Shown here in pieces: positions 28,695 to 32,264 of a stretch of DNA of 32,264 nt (within the stretch, counting starts at the first letter, position 1; every line of letters begins with the position of its first letter). The position numbers were made by a program, and so were the translations under genes. The stretch is from an uncultured Rhizobium sp. (GTDB lineage: Bacteria; Pseudomonadota; Alphaproteobacteria; Micropepsales; Micropepsaceae): positions 1 to 32,264 of the forward strand of contig CAZTCU010000003.1 in NCBI GenBank assembly GCA_964612235.1. Reading direction: 5' to 3'. The notes below the pieces were generated by a model. That model ran no database searches. It was not told where the DNA came from and worked only from the letters and a program-made list of their open reading frames with translations.

Positions 28695-28988
28695 TTACTT
28701 GAAGGAAAGATTCTTCAGGTCGCGTGCGCCATGGACGATGCGCACGATTTCGACGTGGTTGTCGGTCGTACGAAAGAGGACGAGATAAGGCTTGTGTATC
28801 GCCTCGCGCAAACCGGGCGAGAGATCGCTGCGCGGCGGATAAGCGTGGGGTTGGTATCCTATGGCTTCCGCCGTGTCGATCAATTCGTTGACGAAGGTTT
28901 CTGCCCGTATCGGACGATCAAGAGCTATTCGGTCACCGATTTCCTGTAGATCGCGCAACGACTGTGGGGAAAATTCAACCTGTATCAC
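28695..28988 (-). CDS. parE: ParE/RelE family type II toxin
   Basis: FSPQSLRDLQEIGDRIALD, R.DLSPGLR, YLVLFR, IVRIVHGARDL; GTGA overlap with the antitoxin. Confidence 0.9.
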   Translation of the reverse strand: MIQVEFSPQSLRDLQEIGDRIALDRPIRAETFVNELIDTAEAIGYQPHAYPPRSDLSPGLREAIHKPYLVLFRTTDNHVEIVRIVHGARDLKNLSFK

Positions 28989-29311
28989 GAAGCACGTTTT
29001 TTATTCTTATTCTGGGCCATAGTCCGGTACCGTGCGGTCAACTTCGCACGCACCTCTTCAAGCGGGATACCCTCACCTCTGTCGAGTGATGCAATCCCCT
29101 CCTGCACCATCTGCCGAAGCCGTTCGAGGCCATACGTCTCGACGGCCTGCTTATAGAGACGATCGCTTTCCGCCCGCTCTTGTTCCCACATGCGCAACGC
29201 CGTGCGCACGACCTCGCTGACGGTGGCGTAGTTGCCGCTGTCGACGGCCTTGTTCACCGCTTTCACCATTTCGGCGGGAAGCGAGACGCTGATTTTTTCG
29301 ACTTTGCCCAT
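28985..29311 (-). CDS. parD: ParD family ribbon-helix-helix antitoxin
   Basis: KISVSLP...VDSGNYATVSEVVRTALR, LRQMVQEGIAS; GGAGA RBS. Confidence 0.9.
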   Translation of the reverse strand: MGKVEKISVSLPAEMVKAVNKAVDSGNYATVSEVVRTALRMWEQERAESDRLYKQAVETYGLERLRQMVQEGIASLDRGEGIPLEEVRAKLTARYRTMAQNKNKKRAS

Positions 29312-29335
29312 GGCGGAATCTCCTGCTGGCTTGAT

Positions 29336-29364
29336 GGTAGCAGGATTTCCTACTTTTTCCTACC
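29336..29364. promoter_or_regulatory. Probable ParD operator
   Basis: TTTCCTAC repeated with 10-bp period (29346, 29356) plus the palindrome AGGA-TT-TCCT, directly upstream of parD. Confidence 0.55.
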
Positions 29365-29366
29365 GC

Positions 29367-30752
29367 TCAGGCGGCGAGCAAGCCCTGTCCCTTTACCCAG
29401 TCCAGCCCCCTAGCCATCGCGCGGTCGAAACGATCGAACAACTCGTCGATCTCGGCTTCGGTGATGACGAGCGGCGGACAAAACGCGATGCGGTCGCCCA
29501 GAAGCGGGCGCACGATCAGACCTTCTTCCTCGCAGAACCGCCCGATGGTGGCTGCCACGGTCTTCGTGGGATCGAACGCCGTTTTCGCCTTCTTGTCGGC
29601 CACCAGTTCGATCGCGCCGATCAGCCCCACGCCGTCGGCATCGCCCACCAGCGGATGGTCGAGAAGTTTTTTCAAACGCCGCGCGAACACTGGCGCCACA
29701 TGGCGCACATGCCCAACGATGTCGCGCTCCTGATAGATCTCGATGGCCTTGATCGCCACCGCGCACGACACCGGATGCCCGCCATAAGTAAAGCCATGCC
29801 CGAACGTGCCGATCCTGCCGGATTCTTCTTCGATGATCTCGCTCATCTCCGGCGACAGGACCACGGCGGAAATCGGCAAGTACGATGACGACAACGCCTT
29901 GGCGATGGACATGCTCTCCGGCTCGAAGCCATAGGTCGAGCAGCCGAACCATTCGCCCGTGCGCCCGAAGCCCGTGATCACTTCGTCGTCGATCAGCGGA
30001 ATGGCGTGCTTGGACAGCACCCGGCAGATCGCATCGAAATAGCCCTTCGGCGGCACCATCGCGCCGCCCGCGCCCATCACGGGTTCGACGATCATCGCGG
30101 CGATGGTGTCCGCCCCTTCGCGTTCGATCAGCGCGTCGAGGTTCTGCGCCATGCGCTTGGAGAATTGCTCCTCGCTCTCGCCCGCTTCCGAAGCGCGATA
30201 ATAATGCGGGCACTCGGCATGGATCGCGAAGTTGAAGGGCAGGTCGAAGCTCTTGTGGTTGGCGGGCAGGCCGGTAAGGCTCGCAGACGCCAGGGTCACG
30301 CCGTGATAGGCGCGCTGGCGCGAGAGGATCTTCTTTTTCTTCGTCTGCCCGCGCGCATTGGCGGCATACCAGTAGAGCTTGATCTGCGTGTCGTTGGCCT
30401 CGGAGCCCGACGCCGCGAAGAACACCTTGCCCACGGCGAACGGCATGATCTCCTTCAGCTTCTCGGCCAGCGCGATGCCCGGCTCGTGGCTTTTGCCCGC
30501 GAACAGGTGGCCGAAGGAGAGTTTGCGCATCTGCTCGGCGGCGGCATCGGCCAGCGCGTTCTCGCCCCAGCCGAGCGCGGTCGACCACAGCCCCGCCATC
30601 GCCTCGATATAATCCTTGCCCGTGTCGTCATAGACGCGCACGCCCTTGCCGCGCTCGAACACGGTGGCGCCGGTTTCGCGCAGCTTCACGAGGTTGGTGT
30701 AGGGATGCAGGACGGAATTGACGTCGCGCATCTGGGAATTGGTCAGGGGCAT
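29367..30752 (-). CDS. Class III PLP-dependent aminotransferase (omega-amino acid type)
   Basis: YIEAMAGLW, SGSEAND, AYHG, EPVMGAGG, DEVITGFGRTG, SIAKALS, HGFTYGGHP. Confidence 0.95.
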   Translation of the reverse strand: MPLTNSQMRDVNSVLHPYTNLVKLRETGATVFERGKGVRVYDDTGKDYIEAMAGLWSTALGWGENALADAAAEQMRKLSFGHLFAGKSHEPGIALAEKLKEIMPFAVGKVFFAASGSEANDTQIKLYWYAANARGQTKKKKILSRQRAYHGVTLASASLTGLPANHKSFDLPFNFAIHAECPHYYRASEAGESEEQFSKRMAQNLDALIEREGADTIAAMIVEPVMGAGGAMVPPKGYFDAICRVLSKHAIPLIDDEVITGFGRTGEWFGCSTYGFEPESMSIAKALSSSYLPISAVVLSPEMSEIIEEESGRIGTFGHGFTYGGHPVSCAVAIKAIEIYQERDIVGHVRHVAPVFARRLKKLLDHPLVGDADGVGLIGAIELVADKKAKTAFDPTKTVAATIGRFCEEEGLIVRPLLGDRIAFCPPLVITEAEIDELFDRFDRAMARGLDWVKGQGLLAA

Positions 30753-30896
30753 GGCATTCCTTCGGGTTGCGGGAATTTCGGATTTCCGGGCGGGGCCGAT
30801 TTAGCGCCCCCCGGTTCCTGTCCGTCAACGCCGCGTTGCCGCCCGGCCCCGCCGTTCCTATGATGGCGGCAGAGCAATCACTGGGGTGGAACACTT

Positions 30897-32264
30897 ATGT
30901 TAGGGCTGATGCAGGACTGGCCGTTGCTGGTCCACAAGATCATCGACCACGCGGCGCTGAACCATGGCGACCGGGAGGTCGTCACAAGGCTGGTGGAAGG
31001 GCCGATCCACCGCACCAATTACCGCCAGATCGCCCGGCGCTCCCGGCAGGTGGCCGACGCGCTCGAGCGCCGCGGCATCAAGTTCGGCGACCGGGTGGCG
31101 ACGCTGGCCTGGAACGGTCACCGGCACATGGAGACCTGGTACGGCATCGCCGGGATCGGCGCGGTCTATCACACGCTGAACCCGCGGCTCTTCCCCGACC
31201 AGCTCGTCTATATCGCCAACCACGCCGAGGACCAGGCGCTGTTCTTCGACACCACCTTCACCGATCTCGTGGTGAAGATCGCCCCGCAGCTCAAGCAGGT
31301 GAAATTCTACATCGCGCTCACCGACCGCGCGCACCTGCCCGACGTCGATCTGCCGGGGCTGATGGCCTATGAGGATTTCATCGCCGACGCCGATCCCGAA
31401 TTCAAATGGAAGGAATTCGACGAGAACACGGCCTGCGGGCTTTGCTACACTTCGGGCACGACGGGCAATCCGAAAGGCGTGCTCTACAGTCACCGCTCCA
31501 ACGTGCTGCACGCGCTGATCGTGGCGCAGAAGGATGCGCACGGCCTCTCCAACACCGATTGCGTGCTCCCGGTGGTGCCGATGTTCCATGCCAATGCCTG
31601 GGCCATCACCTTCGAAGCGCCGATGGTGGGGGCCAAGGTCGTGTTCCCGGGGCCGAAACTCGACGGCGCCTCGGTCTACGAATTGCTGGAAAGCGAGGGC
31701 GTCACCATGACGGCGGCGGTGCCGACCGTGTGGCTGATGCTGCTGCAATATCTCGAACAGAACAATCTCAAGCTCTCCACGCTCAAGATGGTGCTAATCG
31801 GCGGCTCGGCGTGTCCGCGTTCGATGATCGAGACCTTCGAAAAGAAATACGGCGTGCAGGTGGTCCATGCCTGGGGCATGACCGAGATGAGTCCGCTCGG
31901 CACGCTCGGCACGATGAAGCATGCAATCGCGCACCTGCCTTACGACAAGCAACTCGACTACAAGTGCAAGCAGGGCCACGCGCCCTTCGGCGTCGAGATG
32001 AAGATTACCGACGACGAGAACCGCGAACTGCCGCGCGACGGAAAAGCGTTCGGCCGGTTGAAAGTGCGCGGCCCGGCCATCGCCAAAGGTTACATGGGCG
32101 GGGAGGGCAAGGCCGCCTTCGATCACGACGGATGGTTCGACACCGGCGACGTGGCAACGCTCTGCCCGCAGGGCTATATGACCATCACCGACCGCGCCAA
32201 GGACGTGATCAAATCCGGCGGCGAATGGATCTCCTCCATCGACATCGAGAATTTCGCGGTGGGC
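30897..32264 (+). CDS. Fatty acid-CoA ligase (DmdB-like AMP-binding enzyme), partial, runs off the right edge
   Basis: MLGLMQDWPLLVHKIIDHAA, CYTSGTTGNPKGV, PMFHANAW, AWGMTE, GWFDTGD, DRAKDVIKSGGEWIS. Confidence 0.95.
   Translation, partial: MLGLMQDWPLLVHKIIDHAALNHGDREVVTRLVEGPIHRTNYRQIARRSRQVADALERRGIKFGDRVATLAWNGHRHMETWYGIAGIGAVYHTLNPRLFPDQLVYIANHAEDQALFFDTTFTDLVVKIAPQLKQVKFYIALTDRAHLPDVDLPGLMAYEDFIADADPEFKWKEFDENTACGLCYTSGTTGNPKGVLYSHRSNVLHALIVAQKDAHGLSNTDCVLPVVPMFHANAWAITFEAPMVGAKVVFPGPKLDGASVYELLESEGVTMTAAVPTVWLMLLQYLEQNNLKLSTLKMVLIGGSACPRSMIETFEKKYGVQVVHAWGMTEMSPLGTLGTMKHAIAHLPYDKQLDYKCKQGHAPFGVEMKITDDENRELPRDGKAFGRLKVRGPAIAKGYMGGEGKAAFDHDGWFDTGDVATLCPQGYMTITDRAKDVIKSGGEWISSIDIENFAVG

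Overview
GC-rich chromosomal segment from an alphaproteobacterium. The tRNA-His lacking G-1, the CtrA boxes, a DivJ-like kinase and a Cle-like receiver point to the Caulobacterales/Hyphomicrobiales/Micropepsales branch (inference). In order it carries: oppC/oppB permeases, a PotD-like binding protein, a type II quinohemoprotein PQQ dehydrogenase, an alpha/beta hydrolase, an arsR-arsI-arsC-aquaporin operon, a small C4 zinc-ribbon gene, tRNA-His with a palindromic repeat element, AsmA, DUF1491, a divergent pair of PleC/DivJ-family kinases, a DnaA-C-like HTH + DUF6456 pair (GafY/GafZ-like gene-transfer-agent activator), DUF2339, MaoC, a Cle-like receiver, fatty-acid catabolic genes, a rhomboid, TonB, two tandem Rnk/Gre paralogues, SOD, a ParDE toxin-antitoxin pair, a class III aminotransferase and an acyl-CoA ligase. 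I see no integrase, transposase, prophage or CRISPR array. The best unannotated candidates are: (i) a 20-aa leader peptide plus hairpin behind an RpoH-like promoter, ahead of the tandem rnk-rnk-tonB genes; (ii) a CtrA-box promoter driving a 5' hairpin and a 38-aa ORF; (iii) the GafYZ-like module with a multi-operator AT-rich promoter inside a cell-cycle gene cluster. All calls come from motif reading only; no searches were run.
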